Positions 24,291 to 34,299 of a stretch of 39,388 bases of DNA are shown here, piece after piece; positions within the stretch are counted from its first letter, which is position 1; every line of letters begins with the position of its first letter. The DNA is taken from positions 10,726,652 through 10,766,039 of the forward strand of contig NC_057720.1 in the NCBI RefSeq assembly GCF_004010195.1, read 5' to 3'. The position numbers were made by a program, and so were the translations under genes. The notes beneath the pieces were generated by a model, which saw only the letters and a program-made list of their open reading frames with translations, was not told the origin of the DNA and searched no databases. This DNA comes from Chiloscyllium plagiosum. Its lineage: Eukaryota.

Positions 24291-24820
24291 GGGAACGAAA
24301 ATGTTAATTGGATTATGGCAACAGTTTTGTGATGAGAGAATCAGTTTTGCGCTCATGACGAGATATTGCCACCAAATTGGGGATCGAATTAGCTCAAATG
24401 GTGCTATGGAATCTGTTGAGGTTCTTAAAATGAATCTGCTCGAGCAAAACAATTACCGAAACGGAGTGAGAAGTCAAACCTTGATGAAAAGTAGGGGTGT
24501 CAGGAGTTCCTGCCCCCGGGGACCCACCAGGAACCCTCGACACATTAAAAGGTGGTACCTTACAAGGAGGACGTAATTTTCCCAGTCGATATGGGGGCAG
24601 CAAGGTCATCCTTGAATTTTAAGCCCAAGGGAATGGGAACGAAAATGTTAATTGGATTATGGCAACAGTTTTGTGATGAGAGAATCAGTTTTGCGCTCAT
24701 GACGAGATATTGCCACCAAATTGGGGATCGAATTAGCTCAAATGGTGCTATGGAATCTGTTGAGGTTCTTAAAATGAATCTGCTCGAGCAAAACAATTAC
24801 CGAAACGGAGTGAGAAGTCA
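24133..24820 (+). repeat. 344-bp tandem duplication (24133-24476, 24477-24820)
   Basis: Near-identical copies; ORF pairs 24208/24552 and 24216/24560 are offset by 344. Confidence 0.93.
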
Positions 24821-25050
24821 CAAGTGACTGGCAAACAAACAGAACTGCGCGATTACAGTTGTTAAAATGTTTTAGTCACTTGTTGCATTCCCACCCTGAA
24901 TTATATAATATACATAATTAGTAATTAATATTTATAATAAATCAATTGTGTTGGCCTGAATCAATGTTAATTGACAGGATATCTTCATACATTCTCAGTG
25001 ACCTGTCATGTTGATTCATGGTTAATTTAAAACATGACTGCATACATTAC

Positions 25051-25300
25051 TGGCCAGTGTGTGTGCAGACAGTGGCAGCAACAGCCTTATTGGTAGAGGA
25101 CAGTCGGAAACGTACTTTTGGGGGAGCCTTAATAGTCAGCACCCCACATCAGGTACGGACCATACTGAATCAGAAAGCAGGACGATGGCTCACAGATTCT
25201 AGGATCTTGAAATATGAGACAATCTTAATAGAGCAGAATGATCTTGTGTTAGTCACAGACAGTTGCTTGAGCCCAGCTGCACTTCTGTGGCGGGGAGAGG
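25051..25300 (+). pseudogene. pol: pol fragment B: RT connection/tether
   Basis: WPVCVQTVAATALLVEDSRKRTFGGALIVSTPHQVRTILNQKAGRWLTDSRILKYETILIEQNDL. Confidence 0.9.
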
Positions 25301-25670
25301 GGAAGTACCTATGGCCGAATTTACTGATAAGTTTCTGAAAAACTATCTTGTGGCTCTTGGTTCTTTATTGTCTTTTCTTAGGAATAAGGGTCTATTGGCA
25401 CAGACACCACCTTTAGAGTTCGCAGCACACCAGATAAAGCCAGGAGACTGGGTTCTGATAAAGACTTGGAAAGATACCAAACTACATCCCAATTGGGAAG
25501 GGCCGTTCCTCACTCCCCTGATTACCGAGACAGCAGTACGGACTGCAGATAAAGGGTGGAGCCATCACACTCGCGTTAAGGGTCCGGTAGATGTACCTAC
25601 TCCTTCTGCAGAGTGGCAAGTTCATCCTACAGAGGATCGTCTGAAAATCAAATTGAGCAGAAAGACTGAA
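25300..25670 (+). pseudogene. pol: pol integrase C-terminal domain
   Basis: AQTPPLEF..HQIKPGDWVLIKTWK..LHPNWEGPF....TETAVRT..KGWSHHTRVK. Confidence 0.9.
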
Positions 25671-25789
25671 CTGAAACAAGAGACTTTTAAAACAGACTGT
25701 TATTGATTTAAAATTGCTGCTATTAATTGTAAGAACTGTGTGGGCTCATCTCTCCCAGACACCTGAGAAAGACGGTAAATAGACAAGTG

Positions 25790-26773
25790 AACAGAGGAAT
25801 GGGGTGGGTAAGTACAGGAATAATATTATAAAATAGGTAGTATGTTTAGAATTACCAACTTCATCCTCTTAATGTTGAGGCTTTACGAAATAAGGTTGAC
25901 ATATATGATAGTATTAAAAGTCCCTGAATCTGAAAACCCAAAAGTAATAAAGAGCGATGCTTGCAGCCTAGTAGATTGCAGAGATGTAAAGAATCAGAGA
26001 GAATACAGTTCCTTTGCAATTAGTCTCCAGGGCCAAAAGCAGACAGAATTTGGAATGGCGGGACCGCCACCCAGCATCACAATTCATAGAGATCTCTTCC
26101 GTCCGTCCCTAGAATGTACTGATAAGAAATGCAACCCGATATACATCACTATTAAGAATACCTCCTACTCATTTAAATGCAAGTTGGCCCCTCAGTGACA
26201 ACCTTATGATCTTAGTGGAAGCCCCAGGGGACCCTCTGAATATATGTAGGGGTGCGATGATTGGGAGGTACCCTGGGAAATGTTTTACGGGCTGCTATCT
26301 CCGAATAATGGTAGTAAAGGGAAAACAGAAGGAACAGAAATCTTATATCCCTGACGGTGACCCGAAATTGGTAAAAGTTATAGAGGTCAAAGACTTAAGA
26401 TAAGCCATTGAGATAGAAACTGGATACAGGGAGACAAATGCCTGGGTTGAATGGGTGAAGTAAAAAGCCTAAATAAAAGCAATTGCTACGCATGTGCCTC
26501 AGGTAGACTAGTGGCTCATGTGGTTCCCTTTCCGCTCAGGTGGAAGTGAGCCAGGGCCGGCATGCTATGTATGATAGCCCTGTACCAGAATGAGACAGCA
26601 TGGGAAACCGTAGTTGTCGAACATTGATGTCGATGTTTCCTTCCTTAAAGAAGGGGGAATTGAGAAAACCCCCGTCATTTGCGAATGTGATTGGGAATCA
26701 TACCTCCTGTGTTCAGAGGAATGCGACAGGCCAGTCCCGATTCCTCGGAGACTTAAAGCTCCGCTCGGAAATT
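25790..26773 (+). pseudogene. env: env SU remnant (TM missing)
   Basis: Hydrophobic leader, SDACSLVDC, CTDKKCNPIYITI, ETGYRETNAWVEW, CxxC motif CYAC (26484-26495), VVPFPL, AWGNRSC; stops and frameshifts. Confidence 0.8.
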
Positions 26774-27720
26774 GCATCTGAGGAGCAGCAAAATCGACGT
26801 TTCGGGCAAAAGCCCGAAAGATGCCCTCCAACGCATCTCGTCCACATCCCGCACCTCCGTCCTTAGACCCCACCCCTCCAACCGTAACAAGGACAGAATG
26901 CACCTGGTGCTCACCTTCCACCCTACCAACCTTTGCATAAACCAAATCATCTGCCGACATTTCCGCCACCTCCAAAAAGACCCCACCACCAGGGATATAT
27001 TTCCCTCCCCACCCCTTCCCGCCTTCNNNNNNNNNNNNNNNNNNNNNNNNNNNNNNNNNNNNNNNNNNNNNNNNNNNNNNNNNNNNNNNNNNNNNNNNNN
27101 NNNNNNNNNNNNNNNNNNNNNNNNNNNNNNNNNNNNNNNNNNNNNNNNNNNNNNNNNNNNNNNNNNNNNNNNNNNNNNNNNNNNNNNNNNNNNNNNNNNN
27201 NNNNNNNNNNNNNNNNNNNNNNNNNNNNNNNNNNNNNNNNNNNNNNNNNNNNNNNNNNNNNNNNNNNNNNNNNNNNNNNNNNNNNNNNNNNNNNNNNNNN
27301 NNNNNNNNNNNNNNNNNNNNNNNNNNNNNNNNNNNNNNNNNNNNNNNNNNNNNNNNNNNNNNNNNNNNNNNNNNNNNNNNNNNNNNNNNNNNNNNNNNNN
27401 NNNNNNNNNNNNNNNNNNNNNNNNNNNNNNNNNNNNNNNNNNNNNNNNNNNNNNNNNNNNNNNNNNNNNNNNNNNNNNNNNNNNNNNNNNNNNNNNNNNN
27501 NNNNNNNNNNNNNNNNNNNNNNNNNNNNNNNNNTTTCTCCCCACCCCCACCCTCCTCTAGCTTATCTCTCCACGCTTCAGGCTCTCTGCCTTTATTCCTG
27601 ATTAAGGGCTTTTGCCCGAAACATTGATTTTGCTGCTCCTTGGATGCTGCCTGAACTGCTGTGCTCTTCCACACTAATCCAAAATTTGGTTTCCAGCATC
27701 TGCAGTCATTGTTTTTATCC
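26774..27720 (+). mobile_element. Penelope-like element fragment spanning an assembly gap
   Basis: 'HLVLTFHPTNLCINQIICRHFRHLQKDPTTRDIFPSPPLPAF' (PLE RT-to-GIY-YIG linker); terminal region with decayed hammerhead CTGATTAAGGGCTTTTGCCCGAAAC; 26774-26815 is an inverted copy of 27606-27647. Confidence 0.8.
27027..27533. other. Assembly gap (507 N)
   Basis: Run of n. Confidence 1.
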
Positions 27721-28148
27721 AGATAAGAATATGTGGGAAAAGAGGAACGATAAGCCCAGGCATAGAGACAGCTGCAAGGAGAGGGTAAGGGTAACGACCC
27801 CTTGTCCCGTGGGAAAAGAGGAACAATATGAGACCACAAACGTAACATGTGATAGGGGTTTTTGCAAGATGGTCAAAGGAGTATGTCGTATGCCCAAGAA
27901 AATAGAAGTAGAGTTTAATTTAGATAAAGGGGAAGTCACGTAGCGACAGGTAAGAGATGATTGGATAATACGGGGGTGGGAGAGGTGACCTCATGCAGCT
28001 CAAAGGTATAATTGTACATGTATCCAAACGCTCTTTGCTCATTCGCTTAGCAAGCTTATGAAGCCCTTTCTTGCAAGATCGTAAATAAATTGTCTTGTTT
28101 CCAGATTTTTGGTGGTCTCAGTTAATTTTGATAATTTTGTTTCTAACA
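27720..28148 (+). repeat. ERV 3' LTR, lacking its first ~97 bp
   Basis: Aligns to the 5' LTR from 20968 on; ends CTAACA followed by TSD TGAC. Confidence 0.95.
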
Positions 28149-28344
28149 TGACTAATGGGCTTTGGGACAATGTGAGTTAAAAAAGAATGAACAGACCAAG
28201 CAAGCTCTGTTTATGAGGCTGGTCCTAGACATTAATTGCAGGCTGACCCTTGATTAAAGGATTCTAAGAGACGCAATTCTGAGACACACACTGTCTAGCA
28301 GCAATGTCCTGACCAGCTTGATCAGTACTGCTGCTGCTGAGCCC

Positions 28345-29198
28345 CTCTCAGTGGCAGACACCAAAACCCCACCCACCCCACAAAATACATTTTATGCCCC
28401 TGCCATCCTCAATGATTCCTCCAAAGTGTTGTTCAACATAGACAAGGACTGATTCATCAACCAAGGGAGAATGGTACATGATAATCGGCAAGAAGTTGCC
28501 TTGCCCTTGTTTAACCTGAAGCCATGAGACATCATGGGGTCCAGATACAATATTGAGGATCCCCAGGGCAACTCCCTCCTGATTGTATACCCACTGTGCC
28601 ACCACCTCTGCTCCATCTGTCCTGCCGGTGGGACAGTATATCCAGAGATGGTGCTGGTGATTTCTGGGACATTGTTAGGTAAAGTTACATGAGCATAATC
28701 ATAACATGCCATTGCATGACTAGTCTGTCAGTCAATCCTCCAAATTTTGGCACTAGCCCACAGATGTTAGTGAGGAGGACTTTACAGACTTCACAGAGCT
28801 GTTTCTGTTATTGTCTGTTCAGGTGCCTAGGGCAGTGCTAGGTGATCCATCTGATCTCATTTCTTTGTTGAGACTTTATAATGACTGGTACAACTTAGTG
28901 ATTTGCTAGGCCACTTTCAGGGTAGTTGAGAGTCAGCCACTTTGCTGTGGGTCTGGAGTTACATGTAGGTCAGACCAGGTGAAGATGGCAGATTTCCTTC
29001 CCTGAAGGAAGGCATGAATGATTCAAATATTGTTTTTTTTCTGGCAATTGTTTCATGGTCATCAGTAGATTCATAATTCTGGATTTTTTTATTGAACTCA
29101 CTATCTGCCATGAGTGTGACTCAAACACAAGTCCCTGGAAAATTTCCTGAGTTTCTGGGTTAATGCTTGAGCAATAATATCGCTAGGCCATCACCCCC
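28345..29198 (-). mobile_element. 5' portion of a CR1/L2-group LINE with a tRNA/SINE-like head
   Basis: Minus strand: A-box-like TGGCCTAGCG at ~29181-29190, body shared with the SINE at 14843-15428, then endonuclease-like 'TNICGLVPK...EGVALGILNIVSGPHDVSWLQVKQGQGNFLPIIMYHSP'. Confidence 0.72.
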
Positions 29199-30004
29199 GT
29201 TTCAATGGAGATACAAAACCAGTGACTAGAAATGAATTCTTCACTAAGTTCGGGATTGGTTATTCCAAAGTCTGGTCAGGAACTATTGGAGTGACTACTT
29301 AGAGCTCTTCAATGATTTAATTTCACTGTGTTGTGAGTACAGAGGTAGAAAGGCTATTTCTGTTTGTTTGTCTGTCTGTCTCTGTGTCATAACAAGATGA
29401 AAAGTTTCAGCAGCGTGTTTGTCTTTTCAGTAATGTTCATATTCATCAAGAAATAGTTTATAATAAACCCAACCTTTTAAAATGGAAATGCAATTGTGCA
29501 AATATTACACAAAGCTGAAAGATGTTTTGAGGGATCACAGGAAACAATGTATTCAATGGCAGAGTTTGGTTTCATAACTAAAGGACACACAAACGTTGGC
29601 TCTTCCAAATCATTTAGTTGGAACTAAAGTGAAAGAATTGTAGGGATGTTTTCTGAAACTATCCAAATTAGGACTCATTACTTTCAATTAAATATAAGCT
29701 GAACAGAATTGGATTGAATTTACAGAATTTAATACTTTGCATCAACAACAAAGGATTTTGTATGAAAGTAATTTAAATCATCCACACTTGTGAGATTGTT
29801 GTTTTAAAATATATACATTGACTTTGAAATTTCTATTCATCCCTCCAACCCTAGTTGTCACTCTGGGAGATTGGATGAGCCATTACAGAAACAGGGGGCC
29901 TCCAGCTGTTTCACAAACTTCCATCCACCCCGCACAAGACAAGATGGCAGTAAAACCTCTTTAAGAAAAGACATTTTCAGTATGAACGGGATTGAGCATT
30001 GCAT

Positions 30005-30530
30005 TGGGAGTGACAGCATCGTTAGACTATTAATTCAGAGACTTGGGTAATGTTCTGGGGACCTAAATTCACGGCAAAGTGGCACAGTGGTTAGCGCTGC
30101 TGCCTCACAGCACCAGAGACCCGGGTTCAATTCCTGCCTCAGGCGACTGACTGTGTGGGGATTGCATGTTCTCCCCATGTCTGCGTGGGTTTCCTCCGGT
30201 TTCCTCCCACAGTCCAAAGATGTGCAGGTCAGGTGAATTGGCCATGCTAAATTGCCCGTAGTGTTAGGTGAGGGGTAAATGTAGGTGTATGGGTGGGTTG
30301 CGCTTCGGCGGGGCGGTGTGGACTTGTTGGGCCGAAGGGCCTGTTTCCACACTGTAAGTAATCTAATCTAATCAAATCCCACCATGGCAGATGGTCATGT
30401 TTAAAAATCTAGAATTAGAGTTTTTAAGATGACCATTGTCAGGAAAAATCCCCTAGCCTTCTGGGTAATTAGGGATGCTTAATGAATGCTGACCCTGCCA
30501 GTGATGACCATGTCCTGTAAACAAATCTTT
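30005..30530 (+). mobile_element. tRNA-headed SINE (second family) split at its B box by an HE1 SINE
   Basis: ...GTTCTGGGGACCTAAATTC [HE1] AAATCCCACCATGGCAGATGG...AATTAGGGATG...GCCAGTGATG. Confidence 0.65.
30071..30373 (+). mobile_element. HE1-type V-SINE
   Basis: A/B boxes, V-domain, (TAATC)n tail. Confidence 0.92.
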
Positions 30531-30572
30531 AATAAAGGGACATTTGATAAGGTAAGGTATTGGAACATCCAG

Positions 30573-30630
30573 AGCTGAAAATGTGTTGCTGGAACAGCGC
30601 AGCAGGTCAGGCAGCATCCAGGGAACAGGA
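30573..30630 (-). mobile_element. 58-bp Penelope-derived insertion
   Basis: 10-bp TSD GAACATCCAG at 30563-30572 and 30631-30640; reverse of the piece at 19118-19175. Confidence 0.8.
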
Positions 30631-30784
30631 GAACATCCAGGCTGATGACCTACTAGTTAATTTCATTCAGGACTTGTGAATGTTTGTTCCACTAAGTAAA
30701 ATATTTCATTTTGAAAAGAAAATCCCAAATGGACCTCCATTTTTAAAGAGATGACTGGAGTTGTCTCAGGGTCTTTTGTGAAAT

Positions 30785-31110
30785 CAACTAATGTGATGTG
30801 GCCTTTGCTGCCATATTTGCTGCCATCTCCTAATGGCCTTTTGAGATGGTGATAGTGAGCTGCCTTCTTCACCCACTGTGGTCTTTAGGTTGTACAGTCA
30901 CTAACAGTGCTGTTAGGGAAGCTGCTCCAGGAGCTTGACCCAGTAACACTGGTTGATACAGTTCCAAGTCAGGATGGTGTGTGACTTGGAGGGGCTCCTG
31001 TATCTGCTGGTATTTCCATGCATTTGCTTCTGGGTGATAGAAGTACTGTGTTTCGATGATACTGTTAAAAAATCCTTAGTGCATTACTGCATTGCATCTT
31101 ATAGCTGGCA
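30785..31110 (-). mobile_element. 3' end of a CR1/L2-group LINE (probably the family at 1-830 and 28345-29198)
   Basis: Minus translation 'KKAAHYHHLK'; tail resembles the SINE tail at 30465-30515. Confidence 0.6.
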
Positions 31111-31549
31111 GCTGGATGAGATAATGACTGGATAATGAACTGCAGTGATCTTGCTGATGGGATAAATATTGGCCAAGATATGTTTTACATCCAGGTGATT
31201 GGGGAAGATGATGCCAATTTAACATCTCAACTGAAAGCATGAGTGCAGACTTCCCTCTGCACTGTTTTGGAGAGTCAGCCTTGATTTTTCTGAAAGTTTG
31301 TGAAGGTGCAATTAATTGAACGTGACACTAAGATCCTGATAATGTAATTGCTCCACATTAAGTACTACACCCTCTTTTATTGTTGGAGAACCTCTTAACC
31401 CTCTGCAGGAGAACTGTCAAACAGCACGAAGGTTTTTTCAAGATGGCGTCAACACTAGGCTCTCTACAGCAGATTTTATTCTTGCATTTCTTACAACCAT
31501 TCTGCACTTTTGAACCTCAATTCTAAGTCTGTAAAAATGGTTAATAATA

Positions 31550-31665
31550 TTGTACACCTCGCTCTGTCTAAACACCCTATGATCTGTATGTCCTTGTTTG
31601 TTATCCTCGCAAAACAAAACGTCTCTCTGTACTTTGATATATGTGACAACAATAAATCAAATCAC
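31550..31665 (+). mobile_element. Rex1/Babar 3' UTR fragment
   Basis: ACACCCTATGATCTGTATGTCCTTG...AACAATAAATCAAATCA matches 15199-15305. Confidence 0.7.
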
Positions 31666-32789
31666 AGCAAATCAAAAATGAGGAAAAGCTTCTAGAAAGT
31701 GTCAGATTCTGCTGGGAATTAGATCTGAGCTGTTCCTGTCCTGCTGCTGGAAGCGGTTTTTCAGGGCAAGAGATTCAGTCATCAGTCTCTGAACTAAGTG
31801 AGAACCAACTGGCCTTGTTAGAGGCAGCAGGATTTTCATATCTGCAAAATAAACTTTGGTAGCTCCATGATGATAGGAGAGGGCTGCGGTCATTATTTCC
31901 CGTAAAGCAAACACCCAGGTTTAAAATCAAGGCTTCATTCATCAGATGGTGATAGGAGAGAGAACATAACATATTCTTTTAACTCCCCCTCCTCCCAGCA
32001 AATCCTGAATTGTAAACAATAAAATATAACATTAACGAATATAGTGAAACAAAATAACTAATTCACTACAGACAGCACCGTAATACCTCACCTGAATATT
32101 TTTGATAAGCTTGTCACTATATTGAATTCCAGGGTCAACAGAAATAATTATGTCTCCATATCTATTGCTGTTTAGCATTACTCTCAAACACTTTATAATA
32201 TACTCCCACAGGAGACAGCTTAGCACTAAGATAAAGATGTTTTTGAAATGTTATCATTGCACACATGTTTCAATCTGATCAAGAATGTTTAACGCATGTC
32301 AAATGGCTACATAGTTATTATCAACAATTCAAACACTGTTGGTTTATAACACCAGGGTCAAAGAGTAATTGATAGAAATTGTTTAATTACCTTTATACAG
32401 CTTCGATGATAACAATATTGGTGAGTAAGTGGCATCACCTATAAAGGAAGCACACAACACACTATAATGGGTTGCGAAAATTTCAGGATGGTCAGGTAAT
32501 AAAATCTGGAGTATGTGAAATGAGACCTAAGACAATAAAGCTAATTCAATTCAAGAGAGTCATTTCAATCTTTGCAACTGTTCAATCCTGAATTTCAGTG
32601 CAAAGGCTTGAGTGACCTATTAGAAAGAGTTTGTATAGAAGCTTTCAAGTTGCCAGAACTGGAATGAAGCATTTGGGTCACTAGAGTTCTGTGCAGTCCT
32701 CTATGTTGTTTGTCCTGGTCCCCACTTCACCAAAGACAGCCCTGCTCGACTACCTGCATCTGCAGTCCTGATAATAGTTAAGTCAATGG

Positions 32790-33124
32790 TAGAATGCCTA
32801 CATAGTGGAAGCAGGCCATTCGCTCCCTCACGCTGTCACCCCAAAGATTATCCCACTTAGGTCCACATTCCTCCCTTATCCCCATAAGCCTACATTTCCC
32901 ATGGCTAGTCCACCTAGCCTATACATCCCTGTACACTATGGGGCAATTTAACGTCACCAATCTATCTAACCTCCACATCTTTGGACTGTGGGTGGAAACA
33001 GGAGCACCTGGAGGAATCCCATGTAGACAGGTGTAGAACATGCAAACTCCACACAGACAGTCGCCTCAATCTGAAATTGAACCCTGGTGCTGTGAGGCAG
33101 CAGCGCTAACCACCATGCCACCCC
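32790..33124 (-). mobile_element. HE1-type V-SINE, diverged
   Basis: Reverse V-domain (CATCTTTGGACTGTGGG...GCAAACTCCACACAGAC) and head. Confidence 0.85.
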
Positions 33125-33394
33125 TCAAAGAGCAGCGGTGGGGTAAATACAAAAAAAAACTCTTGGTGCAGACAAAGTGAATTTTTCAGAGCAATTGAAC
33201 ACAATCAATGCTGAAATATCAACTGGCACCCAGAAATATTACCTTATAGCACCCTTTCAAATGATCCTTAAACACCCACTAAACAATACTGCTGGTGAGA
33301 TGACCTCAAAGCTCATTCACATCACTTCGTACTGAGCACTGTCAGTGTGTGGTGAGGGAGGCATTGCGGTAGTTCAATATGGAAAATGTTTTTT

Positions 33395-33680
33395 ACTGCT
33401 CATTCATGGCAGGTGAGCATCATTAGCCAGGCCAACATTTTGCGCCCGTTCCTAACTGAATTCAGTGGCTACCTGTGAGTTTGAAGTCAGATGTAGCTCA
33501 GACCAGGGAGGGATGGCAAATGTCATTCTCTAAAAGATGTGATTAATCCAATGAGTTTTTACAATATTTGATTATGTCACCTTTAAATTATCTTTTCATT
33601 CTAGGTTCTTTATTGAATTCAAGTTTCACCATCTCTCCAGGTACGATTGAAACCCGACATTAGCCTGGTTTCCAGGATCA
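33395..33680 (-). mobile_element. Diverged copy of the second tRNA-headed SINE family
   Basis: GGCCAACATTT...AGTCAGATGTAGCTCAGACCAGG...TTTATTGAATTCAAGTTTCACCATCT. Confidence 0.55.
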
Positions 33681-34299
33681 GTATTTCAACTACATTACCT
33701 GGGAGCCAACACTCTGTGAGAAGCTCTCACCAGCAAAGCAGGTAACCTGAATCTCAAATGCTGCTTCGCGTGGACATGTTGTTAGTGTTAACATTTCTGC
33801 CAGTGTGGCCTGGGTCACATTACCAATTGGCAGTCTCTGCAACTTTACTATCTGCCATATTGGTGACTGGACACATAGCACTCGAGGATGGGAGCTACAG
33901 CCCCTCACTTCCCAGTTTGAGGGTGTAACTGTTAGTACAATCTATTCCATCAGTTGAATAATGTTGATAACAGTGCACTAAATCTCATTTTCATGTCGAG
34001 CTGCCGTGCTGCATAATTTTCACAACGTAATAAAATTATTCAAAGTGAGTCATGACCGATGTGAACTTTACCAAGCAATTGCTCCATTGTGAAAAGTATA
34101 CTGAAGTAAGCAATCCCAATCTGCTTATTTTACATTTGATAAAAACCTTTGACTGTGGTTTTCCTGGAATGTTGCATGAAACAATGCCGTAAGTGCAGCG
34201 ACATGCTGACTTCCAATGCAACGGCTCAAATGAATTTTCGATATAAAAGCGTGCTCAATCTTTTGCATCTCCTCTCTGTGACCTCTGTTGTGTCTTTGC

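Larger units (their letters stand above)
20871..28148 (+). mobile_element. Class I (gamma-like, HERV-I/IP-like) endogenous retrovirus, rearranged and non-autonomous
   Basis: Paired LTRs, TG...CA ends, 4-bp TSD TGAC (20867-20870, 28149-28152), tRNA-Pro PBS, gag, pro, pol and env remnants. Confidence 0.95.

Noticed and set aside
26565..27848. Long ORFs of 222-427 aa
   Set aside because: Artefacts of translation through the N gap.
31702..32226. Short minus-strand ORFs in unique sequence, one with a CAG|GTGAG donor
   Set aside because: No recognisable domain or consistent exon chain.
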